From positions 1 to 64,000 of IMG/VR virus record IMGVR_UViG_3300033148_002693: a stretch of DNA of 64,000 bases; one strand, written 5' to 3'. The position numbers and the translations under genes are program-made. Positions 17,669 through 27,326 of the stretch are shown here, one piece after another (the first letter of the stretch is position 1; each line of letters begins with the position of its first letter). Under the pieces are notes generated by a model. It was not told the DNA's origin. It did not search any database and worked only from the letters and a program-made list of their open reading frames with translations. Origin of the DNA: a virus.

Positions 17669-19330
17669 ATGAAGACTTCCATCAGGAACATATTTGAACG
17701 CCATGGGTATGATTTGCGTGATGAGTTTTGGGATGACCGCGCGGCCGGCGACATCGATGGCACTCTGGCGACGGATGGGGTGAATACTCGGACGGTCGTC
17801 GATACTGATGGGGACGCAATGTACACCTCTGGCGGTGAGTTGATATTTGCAAACCCAAACGGAATCTGGGGCAATCCTAGAATAGAGTATCCGGCGTATG
17901 ATAATACACCAGGAATAGTGTTACGGATAGATGTGAAGCCACAAGCAACTAATAAACAGTTTGCGGTCGGGTGGGGGCGCGTTGCTGGTAGCTATACTAG
18001 TCAGTATTCAATAGTATTTAGAACTACCTCCATAATAGATACTATCATTAATGTTGCTAGTGGTCCTGATATTGGTATCTATGACGCCGTCTCGGAGTAC
18101 AAATGTATTGTTGCTCGCCGGGAAACAGGGGCGTTTATGTTAATTGAGGGTGGGGCATATGCCACAACAACTTTGTTGTGGATAATTGATGTGGGGGTCG
18201 GGAACTATCTGCCTGGCATAAGTAACGATAGCAGCTTAACTGCCACCTTCCCCCTCATCGCCATCCCCAAAATCCGCTGGCTCCCGACGCCACTACTCAG
18301 TGACGGCTTCGGCTCTGCCGGTGCGCTTGTAACGTCCGACGGCCTGGGCCATGCAGAAGGCATAGCAGGCGGGCTTGGTTCTGGTGGCGGCGGAATGGTG
18401 TATGAGCCGAACACGTGGTCAAGCGATGGAAGCAAGGCGTCGAGTAACATAACGCTGGGTGGTGAGTTGGTCACGAATGGCAACATGGAAGCCGGCGATC
18501 CGCCGAATAACTGGACTGGGGTAGCTGCAACCCTAGACGGCGTTGCAGACGAACGGACTGGCGGTGCTGGAGTACAATCGCTTGATATTGCTCGTAACGG
18601 AGCAGATTATGCCTCCGCTTATCAGGATTTGGTGTCAGTTGCGGGAACTTGGTATATATTTTCTGGTTGGCGAAAACGGATTGATGCAGGGGTTGAGGTA
18701 AATTTTGCCGTCTATGATGGAGCATATACTGGTGGGGCTTTGCTTGCGCACCCAGGATATTCATCCTCTGCCGTGTGGGTAGAATTTACGCTTTGCTTCA
18801 GAGCAATATCGGCGGCCTTTAATGCTCGGTGTTTTGTCCAGGCAATAGCGTTGGCAAACGGTGTTAGTGGCAGATTTGATGACGTATCCCTCAAACCCAT
18901 CCCTCTCTCCGATTGTTTCCTCGCCCAGGACGCCGGCACGCCGGATGTGCTGGTAAGCGGCGAAGTGACCGTGACGGCTAAGACTCAGGGCGGAGTAGTT
19001 GCAAGGCTTGACGATGCTACAACGCCGGCGAATTTTTTGCTGGCTTATCATGATGGTTCCAACGTTCATGTCGAGAAATGTGTCGGAGGTACGTATACAT
19101 CCTTAATTAATACCGCGGCGGCCTACAGCGCTGGGAAGGCTATCATCTTAGTGACAGATGGGAACAGCGTGGATTGCTACTACAACGATGCTAAGGTGGG
19201 TACCACACAAACGGTCTCGGATGCCGGCATAATCTCAAATACCTTGCATGGTAGCTTTTCAACTTACGATAGTAACACCGTTGACAATCTGGTTATCTGG
19301 AAAAGGAATGGTTACAATGTCCCAGCGTAA
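17669..19330 (+). CDS. Putative virion surface protein with carbohydrate-binding-like beta domains
   Basis: Gly/Ala/Thr-rich; ELVTNGNME...W...FDDVSLK CBM-like module. Confidence 0.55.
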   Translation: MKTSIRNIFERHGYDLRDEFWDDRAAGDIDGTLATDGVNTRTVVDTDGDAMYTSGGELIFANPNGIWGNPRIEYPAYDNTPGIVLRIDVKPQATNKQFAVGWGRVAGSYTSQYSIVFRTTSIIDTIINVASGPDIGIYDAVSEYKCIVARRETGAFMLIEGGAYATTTLLWIIDVGVGNYLPGISNDSSLTATFPLIAIPKIRWLPTPLLSDGFGSAGALVTSDGLGHAEGIAGGLGSGGGGMVYEPNTWSSDGSKASSNITLGGELVTNGNMEAGDPPNNWTGVAATLDGVADERTGGAGVQSLDIARNGADYASAYQDLVSVAGTWYIFSGWRKRIDAGVEVNFAVYDGAYTGGALLAHPGYSSSAVWVEFTLCFRAISAAFNARCFVQAIALANGVSGRFDDVSLKPIPLSDCFLAQDAGTPDVLVSGEVTVTAKTQGGVVARLDDATTPANFLLAYHDGSNVHVEKCVGGTYTSLINTAAAYSAGKAIILVTDGNSVDCYYNDAKVGTTQTVSDAGIISNTLHGSFSTYDSNTVDNLVIWKRNGYNVPA

Positions 19331-19411
19331 TATTGATAGGGTTTGGTTGCTGACACTAGGTGGGGCGGCAATAGTGCTGATTATCATGGTAGTGATTGTG
19401 AGGGGGTGCTA

Positions 19412-19882
19412 ATGCCAAAGGCAATATTTATGACCACGATGACCAACGGAACGCCAGACCTACCACCATTCGAGGCGGAGAATGGCGGACTACAACTTAG
19501 CTATCTTGTTGATGGCGTGCTGACTGGTGGCTACTCGTGCATTGGGCAAGTACCAGGCAAGATCGGCTCGATTCTAGTGCAAGTCAACGCGTCCGAGGAC
19601 ACACTTGATGCGATGGCTGCTGGTGACTATGTGTTTATTGAGGATGTGGTCGAAACAGATGTAGCAGTAGAGATAGGGCCGGCAATGGCCCCCCGTTTAC
19701 AGTCGCCAAAGCCGAAGCCGGCACGCCAATTCAATCGCGGCAAGGCATTGCAATTCCTGCTGTCGCACGGCCATGCTGCTGATTTGGCACAAACGTTCCC
19801 TGGCGCGGTGGCCGACGCGATACATACGATTTTGGAGTTACATGATATTAGCGAACAAGAATGGAGATATGCTCACGGATGA
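19412..19882 (+). CDS. Hypothetical protein
   Basis: ATG 19412 after GAGGGGG; in operon orientation. Confidence 0.5.
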   Translation: MPKAIFMTTMTNGTPDLPPFEAENGGLQLSYLVDGVLTGGYSCIGQVPGKIGSILVQVNASEDTLDAMAAGDYVFIEDVVETDVAVEIGPAMAPRLQSPKPKPARQFNRGKALQFLLSHGHAADLAQTFPGAVADAIHTILELHDISEQEWRYAHG

Positions 19883-20006
19883 GAAAATGGCACAATGCGC
19901 GCAGGGATGGAAGAATCTGGAGCATAGATACGAGGTTGGGAATCAGAACTTGAGATGCAAGCCGTATTGATGGAAGAAGGATTTACTTCTTTTTTTAAGG
20001 GTTGAC

Positions 20007-20315
20007 GTGGATTACAGGGGCGGCGCTTACACCGAATGGACTGAATATCAGACTGTAGCAGTAGAAACTGATTCCACTCATGTGTTGGACGAGAATCCGA
20101 GTAGGAAATGGGCTTTGTTTATTAACGATAGCGATACTACAATCTATCTTGCTTTTGGTCAGGCGCAGGCATACACGGGTAGGGGTATCAGGCTCAACGC
20201 CAACGGCGGGTCGTACGAGATGAGTCGCCAGGACGGGAATCTTTGGGCCGGTCATATTGACGCGATCCACGGCAGTACCGGTACTAAGAGTTTGTTGGTG
20301 ATGGAGGCCGAGTGA
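20007..20315 (+). CDS. Small putative virion protein
   Basis: NPSRK.ALF.ND....IYL.FG.......GI.L..NGG pattern of small phage beta-sandwich proteins. Confidence 0.55.
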   Translation: MDYRGGAYTEWTEYQTVAVETDSTHVLDENPSRKWALFINDSDTTIYLAFGQAQAYTGRGIRLNANGGSYEMSRQDGNLWAGHIDAIHGSTGTKSLLVMEAE

Positions 20316-20316
20316 G

Positions 20317-21495
20317 ATGGGATTGAACAATCCCGCCGAAACTTTTTTGGACGAGATAGGAGCTTCCACGATTGGCCGCGCCGTGACGGACACGCTGTAC
20401 GTCTGGGAAAACGGGAGCGGCGTGGACGGCAAGTCGTGGAACAGGGCCTTCACGACCATACAGGACGCCCTTGACGCGGCGTCCACTGACGAAAACGACT
20501 GTACGCTGATCCTCATAGCCCCTCATAGCATGTACTATGATATTGACGCTGCTGGCGATCCGACTTGGAGCGCCAACGTCATATTGAAGGGGTCGCACCG
20601 CACTTGGGCGGAGGTAGTCAACACAAATGCAGGCGCAACGTCTGTATTGAAGCTGGATGGAAAAGCGTCCTTGATGGATTTATGTGTCAATCTTGGGACT
20701 AGCAATAATGGCGCAATATTGTCTTACAACGGTTTCAGGGTTTTTGGTTGTCAGTTTGTAGGAGAAAACCTGGTATCCGCCGCTACAGCCTTGACATTGG
20801 ACGGTGCGGGAGTTCTCGATAGAGGCAAGATTGACAATTGCGATTTCCTGGGTCATACATCGTATATGACTGCTGTCAAGCTGGATGGGGTCACAGATAG
20901 TCGCTTCCAGCGTTTGCGAATCAAAGAGTGTAATGTTGGTGTTCACATACTTGACAGTGCTTCCGATGGTAACGAGTTTGAGGATGTGGATATTGGGTAT
21001 TGCACTACCGGAATCAATATAGCTGCTGGGAACGGCCAGCACTTCAAAGATATTCTGCTGTACAATAATACGATAAACATCAACGATTCTGTCGGAGATC
21101 ATATTTGGAGCGGGATTCGGGGTACATTCCCGATAGCACTTACTCCTAACGATTTTGTTGGGGTTCAGGTGAATTGTGGGGCCGCCGGCGTGTACGGCGC
21201 GGACACGGAGTTGAGGTCCGCCGCGGCGGCGACCAAGCCCTTCAGGGTGTTGGCGGTTTACCTCAACTTGTCGGCCGGCGAGATTTACTCGATCAGGTTG
21301 TCCTCCGATTCCGGCAGCAGCCATTACAACGCCATGCTTGTCGAGGGTTCCGCCCAGTCGTTCACCAGGTTGACGACGGAATTTCTCGACTACAGCGATT
21401 TCGTTTTCAATCGCGGGACCAGGATAAGCGCAAGCGCGAAGAGCGAATCCGGTGGTAACAACGTCAAGGTTTGGCTCAACGTCCAGGAGATATGA
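20317..21495 (+). CDS. Pectin-lyase-like beta-helix protein (possible spike or depolymerase)
   Basis: DG.SW..AF.TIQDA.DA...I.IAP..Y leader followed by Asn/Gly/Cys beta-helix-like repeats. Confidence 0.65.
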   Translation: MGLNNPAETFLDEIGASTIGRAVTDTLYVWENGSGVDGKSWNRAFTTIQDALDAASTDENDCTLILIAPHSMYYDIDAAGDPTWSANVILKGSHRTWAEVVNTNAGATSVLKLDGKASLMDLCVNLGTSNNGAILSYNGFRVFGCQFVGENLVSAATALTLDGAGVLDRGKIDNCDFLGHTSYMTAVKLDGVTDSRFQRLRIKECNVGVHILDSASDGNEFEDVDIGYCTTGINIAAGNGQHFKDILLYNNTININDSVGDHIWSGIRGTFPIALTPNDFVGVQVNCGAAGVYGADTELRSAAAATKPFRVLAVYLNLSAGEIYSIRLSSDSGSSHYNAMLVEGSAQSFTRLTTEFLDYSDFVFNRGTRISASAKSESGGNNVKVWLNVQEI

Positions 21496-22352
21496 TGAAA
21501 CTGGGGTGGCAGGTCGGGCAATGGCCCGCTAAAAGCGAGACTTGGATACGGTTGGAAGTTGAAACCCTTAAAGCTATGGGGCATGAAGTGAAGGTGTCGG
21601 CGTTCAACCATAAGCGCGATTTGTCGCAATGTGATTTCGTGATATGTCACTTTGCAAACATCGCTGGATTTGCCGACATTCACAGAACTCCATTTTTACT
21701 GGTTCCTCATGCGTATGACATTTTCCCCTCCAATGGCAAGTATCTGAGGTTATCTGTAAATCGAGACAAGAATCTTGTCGCGATTGGATGTATAAGTACA
21801 TATCACAGAGATAAGTATCTCAAATGGGGCATCCCGAAGGAGTTGTTGATTGATTATCCGTGCGCCGTTGATGTTGATTTGTTCAGCAGGAAAGATAAGC
21901 CCCTGGGAGACTTGGTGGTTCATGGTGGAAGGAATGTTCCGAAGAAGGGGTTCCCATTGGCGATGAAGGCATGGCCCGACATTACGTTGTTCGGAGATCA
22001 TCCCTTGTCGGTTGGATGGCTCGCCAGGGAGAAGCTGAGAGATTTGTATTTGAAAGCATGGTGTTACATGGGGTCGTTTGTGGTCGATAGGAAGACGGGG
22101 GATCAAGATGGGTTGCCCATAGCACTACTAGAGGCCCTTGCAATCGGGTTAAGGGTCGTGACTACAGAGGTGGCCGGCATTTCTGATCTCAAGAAGGTAG
22201 TTACATTTGCCAATCCTACCATAGAAGATTTGCGCGATGCTGTAGAGTCAGAACCGATGGAAGTGAACGAGAAGGGCATTGAGTACGTGAGAAAGAGACA
22301 TGCGCCAGATATAGTTGCGCGAAATATTCTTGCTGCGGCAGAAAGAGTTTGA
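21492..22352 (+). CDS. Glycosyltransferase, GT4/GT-B
   Basis: SETWI..E, GR.VPKKG, DGLPIALLEALAIG..VVTT..AGI. Confidence 0.85.
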   Translation: MMKLGWQVGQWPAKSETWIRLEVETLKAMGHEVKVSAFNHKRDLSQCDFVICHFANIAGFADIHRTPFLLVPHAYDIFPSNGKYLRLSVNRDKNLVAIGCISTYHRDKYLKWGIPKELLIDYPCAVDVDLFSRKDKPLGDLVVHGGRNVPKKGFPLAMKAWPDITLFGDHPLSVGWLAREKLRDLYLKAWCYMGSFVVDRKTGDQDGLPIALLEALAIGLRVVTTEVAGISDLKKVVTFANPTIEDLRDAVESEPMEVNEKGIEYVRKRHAPDIVARNILAAAERV

Positions 22353-22353
22353 G

Positions 22354-23088
22354 ATGGATTTGAAAGGAAAACTTTTAAGGATTGAGTATGTACCATTGAG
22401 TCAGGTCATTCTTTGGGAGAGGAATCCAAAGGAGCATGACATTGGCTCTATTGTGCAAAGCATCAAGCAGCATGGATTTAGGGATGCTCCTATTTACGAT
22501 GCTACGTTGAATGATGGCATCGGTGGGATTGTAGCAGGCAACGGGCGTTCAATCGCCGTGCAAATGATGAAGGATAGCGGAGAGGACGCCCCTCTGGGTA
22601 TTGGGGTTGATTCTGATGGTGAATGGTATGTTCCCGTTCAGTTTGGGATAGATGCTGGGAGTCAAGCAATGGCAGAGGCGTTCGCCATTGACCATAACTC
22701 CCTTGTTATGTCGGGCGGCGATTTCTCGGCCTTGGATGTGTCCCGATTGTACGACGAGCGGAAATATCTGGACCTACTGAAGGACCTGGTGGAACAGGAC
22801 AGGATGCCGGTGGCGATAAATGGAGATGATCTGGATTTATTGCTAACCTTGAACGAAGAGAGCAACCCTCCATCACTAGATGACTTGACGAATGAATACG
22901 GCGATCCACAAGAGCGTGATTTCTGGCCGATTATTAGGGTTCAAGTTTCGCCCGAAACAAATGAACTGTATGAGTCGTTGATTGCTCAGGTAGAGGGTGA
23001 TGAAGCAAGTCGATTCGATAAACTGATGAGGGCCGTGGATGTATCTATATTTAGTAACAATGAGGCCAACTCCAAAACAATGGAATGA
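22354..23088 (+). CDS. ParB/Srx-like N-terminal domain protein
   Basis: IEYVPL....WERNPK.H....I..SI..HGF...IVAGNGR...A....DHN. Confidence 0.8.
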   Translation: MDLKGKLLRIEYVPLSQVILWERNPKEHDIGSIVQSIKQHGFRDAPIYDATLNDGIGGIVAGNGRSIAVQMMKDSGEDAPLGIGVDSDGEWYVPVQFGIDAGSQAMAEAFAIDHNSLVMSGGDFSALDVSRLYDERKYLDLLKDLVEQDRMPVAINGDDLDLLLTLNEESNPPSLDDLTNEYGDPQERDFWPIIRVQVSPETNELYESLIAQVEGDEASRFDKLMRAVDVSIFSNNEANSKTME

Positions 23089-23272
23089 ATTGGGATTAAT
23101 TCATGAAACTATATCTAGTTCCAAGCAATGTTATACGGGGGGGGTATTTGTTGATGAGGATAGAGGATTAATAGCGGTTCATAATATGAATTTATACTTG
23201 GCTACATGACCTCCCAAAAAACAGATAGAGCAAGTTACCGGACAGCGGCTTGCTCAGCAGGTTGGTGAAAGC

Positions 23273-24334
23273 ATGAAACTACACCTAGCCGAACACGACC
23301 TTCAACATCAAGCCTGGGCTAAACATGGCGTTGAAAGGCGAAACCTAAGACTCAAGGTCTTGCTATCATATTGGTACTATAAGAATGCCGATCTTGATGA
23401 TTTATTTGTAAGGTATTTCACGAAACCATACCCAGAGGTGTTTGCTGATAGCGGCGCTTTCTCCGCTATGACACAGAACGGCGTAGTCAATTTGAAAGAG
23501 TACGCAGACTGGATCAAACGTTACCAACATCTCTTCAATGCGTATGCAAACCTTGATGTTATCAAAGACGCCGAAGCAACTTGGACGAATCAGCAACGTC
23601 TTGAGAAGATGGGATTAAACCCGCTCCCTGTGTTTCACATTTTAGAAGATTGGAAGTGGCTTGAGCATTATCTTGAACGCTATCAGTATATTTGCCTCGG
23701 TGTGGCTGGTATGCAATCTCGACGTGCGGCTGTTATGCGTTGGCTTACAAGATGTTTCAAGATGGCAAATGGAAGGGCGGTGTATCACGGATTCGGGCTT
23801 ACTGGTTGGGATGTTATGAAATCGTTCCCCTGGTACAGCGTTGATTCGTCAAGTTGGGGCAAGGGTTTTCGTTGGGGCAAAGTCCCTGTGTTTGATGAAA
23901 AACTTGGAAAGTTTCACCAACCCGGATTGGGCAATAGAAAGGATTGGCTTAAGGTAGCTGATATTGTTCGTTCGTTTGGGTTTGATCCTTTGGATTTTGC
24001 AGACCGTGAACGCAATGATAGAATGAAGATATGCGCCATCTCAGCACTGTCTTATATGATAGCAGAACAATGGCTACGAAAGAGGCACGGTGAGATTAGG
24101 ATTCCCAAACGCAATGATGTATCGGATTCAAAGATATGTTTGGTAACAGCTGGTGGTGATGGGAGCAATATGGGTTTGAGAGCGTTGAGCCGTTATGGTG
24201 TTTGCGTGCATCTAAGCGATATAAGCAATGGGGTCAATTTCAGAGATGCGGACAAAGGCATAAAACTACATCTAGCCGATTCAACTACCGGCGATAACTT
24301 CGACATAGGAAGGGTGGGTAAATACCTTGAGTAG
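23273..24334 (+). CDS. DpdA/tRNA-guanine transglycosylase-like protein
   Basis: FADSGAFS, YANLDVI, PVFH, YICLG, HGFG, SVDSSSW motifs of phage TGT-like proteins; adjacent to queD/queE/folE. Confidence 0.75.
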   Translation: MKLHLAEHDLQHQAWAKHGVERRNLRLKVLLSYWYYKNADLDDLFVRYFTKPYPEVFADSGAFSAMTQNGVVNLKEYADWIKRYQHLFNAYANLDVIKDAEATWTNQQRLEKMGLNPLPVFHILEDWKWLEHYLERYQYICLGVAGMQSRRAAVMRWLTRCFKMANGRAVYHGFGLTGWDVMKSFPWYSVDSSSWGKGFRWGKVPVFDEKLGKFHQPGLGNRKDWLKVADIVRSFGFDPLDFADRERNDRMKICAISALSYMIAEQWLRKRHGEIRIPKRNDVSDSKICLVTAGGDGSNMGLRALSRYGVCVHLSDISNGVNFRDADKGIKLHLADSTTGDNFDIGRVGKYLE

Positions 24335-25142
24335 AAAGATAGTATATAAGGTCAAACCTGGAATGGATCGTCGGGAAATAGAAGCCACGACTTATCAGAT
24401 GCGGAATTTCTATCGACAATTGGGAGATGGGTTTTTCTCGGTTCTTGATACCATGAACTACATCCAGCATCAGCAGATTGTCAGATGGTGCAAGAAGGGA
24501 AATCACGTTTTGGATGTATGCTGCGGGCGTGGGTTGTTACTACCAATGATGAGATACGAACGAAAGGACATTGGTAGTTATACGGGTGTTGATATTAGGC
24601 CCAAGAATGCCATATGGCGTTTCAAAAGGGTCACGGATGGAAAACCCATCAAGGAGGGTTATTATCCTTTCCCGACGACTTTTATTGAAAGTAATGTGGG
24701 TGAAATGGCTGATAAGCTGTTACCCAAACGTTTCGACGTGATTGTATATACTTCATCTATTGAGCACATGCAGAAGGAAACAGGACAAGCAAGTTTGGTG
24801 GAATGCCGGAAGGTAAGCAAACCAGGAACGATACTGATTTTAACTTGCCCCAATACGCCAGAAGATCAAGATGGGTACAATACTCAGTACGCTGCTCATG
24901 TATATGAATGGAAGCGCAGCGAGTTATTAGATGGATTGAAAGAGGCTGGTTTCCAGGTCATTACAGAGTGGGGAATACTGATAGACCGAAAGACGTTAGA
25001 GTCGGAAGGGGAAAGATTGGGGCTGAAGCCGCTCATAGACCGGATAAGCAAATTTGTTCCATCTGAGTGGTTGTTGCCGGTGTTTGCTCCAATGTTCCCA
25101 CATCAGGCTAAAGAGATTGCTTTTCTCGCAAAGGCGGTATAA
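24327..25142 (+). CDS. Class I SAM-dependent methyltransferase
   Basis: VLDVCCGRG, YTGVDI, FDVIV...IEH, ILTCPN. Confidence 0.85.
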   Translation: MSRKIVYKVKPGMDRREIEATTYQMRNFYRQLGDGFFSVLDTMNYIQHQQIVRWCKKGNHVLDVCCGRGLLLPMMRYERKDIGSYTGVDIRPKNAIWRFKRVTDGKPIKEGYYPFPTTFIESNVGEMADKLLPKRFDVIVYTSSIEHMQKETGQASLVECRKVSKPGTILILTCPNTPEDQDGYNTQYAAHVYEWKRSELLDGLKEAGFQVITEWGILIDRKTLESEGERLGLKPLIDRISKFVPSEWLLPVFAPMFPHQAKEIAFLAKAV

Positions 25143-25498
25143 TGTATAGGATAACTAAACGATTTGAATTCTCTGCCAGTCATGAATTGAAGGGACTTGA
25201 TTCCGGCCATCCTTGCTCACGTTTGCACGGGCACAACTATATAGTTGAAATCGAGTTAACATCTGAGGTACTAGATGAAACTGGTTTCGTTTTGGACTAT
25301 GGAAAGCTGAGAGACTTTGGTCGATTCATAGATGAGATGTTTGATCATAGACATCTCAATGATGTAATGGATTATCAATCATCGGCAGAGAATATAGCGA
25401 AATTGCTATTTGATTGGGCGAAGGAGCGTTGGCCGCAGGTAAGTGCGGTTCGGGTAAGCGAGACACCAAAGACATGGGCTGAATATGTACAAAGTTAA
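25142..25498 (+). CDS. queD: 6-carboxytetrahydropterin synthase
   Basis: FSASH.L...C.RLHGHNY...FDHRHLN...SAENIA...ETPKTWA. Confidence 0.95.
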   Translation: MYRITKRFEFSASHELKGLDSGHPCSRLHGHNYIVEIELTSEVLDETGFVLDYGKLRDFGRFIDEMFDHRHLNDVMDYQSSAENIAKLLFDWAKERWPQVSAVRVSETPKTWAEYVQS

Positions 25499-26123
25499 TG
25501 CTATTTACAGGGCAGTGCAAGGAGAAGGTTGCTTGACAGGGACGGCGATGGTATTGCTGCGATTGCAGGGTTGTAACCTTCGCTGTTCATGGTGTGACAC
25601 GAAAGAGACGTGGGTAACTCAAGATGAATTCTGTGTCGGTCTTGAGCGGATTTCTGAGCAGAAGCGTTTTTGGGCGTTTGCTTCGGCAAGTGAAATCAAT
25701 AGCTTCATTCGTAAGAATTTTACTGGCCCACGTTGGGTATTGATAACTGGCGGGGAGCCAGCATTACAAGAGTTACGATCTTTGGTTGTTGCTTTGCACG
25801 ATGATGGCTATAAGGTCGCACTTGAAACCAATGGAACGGTCAATATTGATGCTCCGTTTGATTGGATTTGTTTGTCGCCAAAACCAGATTCAGATATTAT
25901 GCTCGATGTTATTGAAATCGCAGATGAAATTAAGATGGTTGTGAAAGATAAAAGTGACATTGAGCGACTAGACGATCTTCTTGATGGAATCGAGTATGAC
26001 GGCGAGATATGCTTACAACCGCAAAGTTTAGACAAAGGGGCAACTGAACTATGTATCAAGACTGTGGCAAAGAGGGGTTGGAGACTAAGCGTGCAGGTTC
26101 ACAAATTGCTAAATCTTCCGTAG
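25485..26123 (+). CDS. queE: 7-carboxy-7-deazaguanine synthase (radical SAM)
   Basis: QGEG...LRLQGCNLRCSWCDT, ITGGEP, ETNGT, SPK, LSVQVHK. Confidence 0.95.
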   Translation: MYKVNAIYRAVQGEGCLTGTAMVLLRLQGCNLRCSWCDTKETWVTQDEFCVGLERISEQKRFWAFASASEINSFIRKNFTGPRWVLITGGEPALQELRSLVVALHDDGYKVALETNGTVNIDAPFDWICLSPKPDSDIMLDVIEIADEIKMVVKDKSDIERLDDLLDGIEYDGEICLQPQSLDKGATELCIKTVAKRGWRLSVQVHKLLNLP

Positions 26124-26689
26124 ACTACGAAAGGCTTTTAGCTATTGGTTATGATTTGCTCGTCGCAATCGGGGAAGACCCGAACAGGGAAGGGATAAGA
26201 GAGACCCCGCGCAGATGGGCGTCATGGTGGAGAGAGTTTATTGAATATGATGCTGGCAATATAGATGTAACCTTTGAGTCAGTGACAACAGACCAACTTG
26301 TTGTTGTTTCGGGATTAAGGGTTTGGTCATTGTGTGAGCACCACCTTTTACCTTTTTGGTCTGATATAACTGTGGGCTACCTCGCGGAGGACAGGGTAAT
26401 GGGGTTGTCAAAGATCGCAAGGATTACTACCAAAGTTGCTCATAGACTTCAATTACAAGAAAGATTAGTTCACCAGATTGCCGATGAAATTCAAGCGATT
26501 ATTGGGAGCGATAAGAGCGTCGCTGTGTTAGGACAGGGTGAACATTTATGCATGGCGATGCGTGGCGTGAAGATGAGGGGGTTGATGACCACTTCGGTCA
26601 TGAGAGGCTTCTTTATGGAGAAGCCTGAGTTAAGACAAGAATTCCTACAGTTAGCGATAGGAGAAAGGACGAGCCATTATGCCATTTAG
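26051..26689 (+). CDS. folE: GTP cyclohydrolase I
   Basis: GEDPNREG..ETPRR, SLCEHHLLPF, GLSK.AR, RLQLQERL, HLCM.MRG; true start may be a few codons downstream. Confidence 0.95.
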   Translation: MYQDCGKEGLETKRAGSQIAKSSVDYERLLAIGYDLLVAIGEDPNREGIRETPRRWASWWREFIEYDAGNIDVTFESVTTDQLVVVSGLRVWSLCEHHLLPFWSDITVGYLAEDRVMGLSKIARITTKVAHRLQLQERLVHQIADEIQAIIGSDKSVAVLGQGEHLCMAMRGVKMRGLMTTSVMRGFFMEKPELRQEFLQLAIGERTSHYAI

Positions 26690-27326
26690 AACAATGACAC
26701 CAGAGTTTTTCAATGATGTAGCAAGATCACGTATGGGATGGTCAAGGGTTGTAAACATTCTCGTTAAGGACAAGGACGAGGAGACCAAAAGACAAGAGGT
26801 CGTTATCCTCAGCATGTTAGAGGATTGGTCGCAATTGAGAGTACTTGATATGGGTTGCGGGGTTGGACGGCTGACCCCCTGGTTCAACGAGATTGCGGAT
26901 GCTGAGGGTGTTGACTGGTCAAGTGAGATGCTTGCGGTTGCTCGAACAAACAATCCTGGAATGGAATTTCATCACGGAGCTTTGACTGACCCTATACTTC
27001 CAAACCAGTTTCCTGACAAATTCGACTTGACGTTCCAGTGGTGCGTGTTCCTCCACATTACGAATAAAGAGGAATGGCAGCAGGCCATCAAAAACATGCG
27101 TGACCTATCGAGAAAGTACATCCTGTACTGCGACAAGGTGAACAGTAATGCCGTGGTCGATTATGTCAGGGTGTATACACCAGATGAGATAATCGACGAA
27201 GTGGAGAGCACGGGCGAGTTTGCGTTGATGAAGCGGGTAGAGCATTGGTGTCCGCCGGAGGATATGTTCGAACTGTTCTTGTTTGAGCGATTTAAGGAAT
27301 GTACTGGTTGTGGGTGTTGTAAATGA
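26679..27326 (+). CDS. Class I SAM-dependent methyltransferase
   Basis: VLDMGCGVGR, GVDWS..ML; ends in CTGCGCCK. Confidence 0.85.
   Translation: MPFRTMTPEFFNDVARSRMGWSRVVNILVKDKDEETKRQEVVILSMLEDWSQLRVLDMGCGVGRLTPWFNEIADAEGVDWSSEMLAVARTNNPGMEFHHGALTDPILPNQFPDKFDLTFQWCVFLHITNKEEWQQAIKNMRDLSRKYILYCDKVNSNAVVDYVRVYTPDEIIDEVESTGEFALMKRVEHWCPPEDMFELFLFERFKECTGCGCCK

Noticed and set aside
23039-24334. Diversity-generating retroelement acting on the DpdA cassettes
   Set aside because: No reverse transcriptase is in the window, and the repeats are too short and not restricted to adenine differences.
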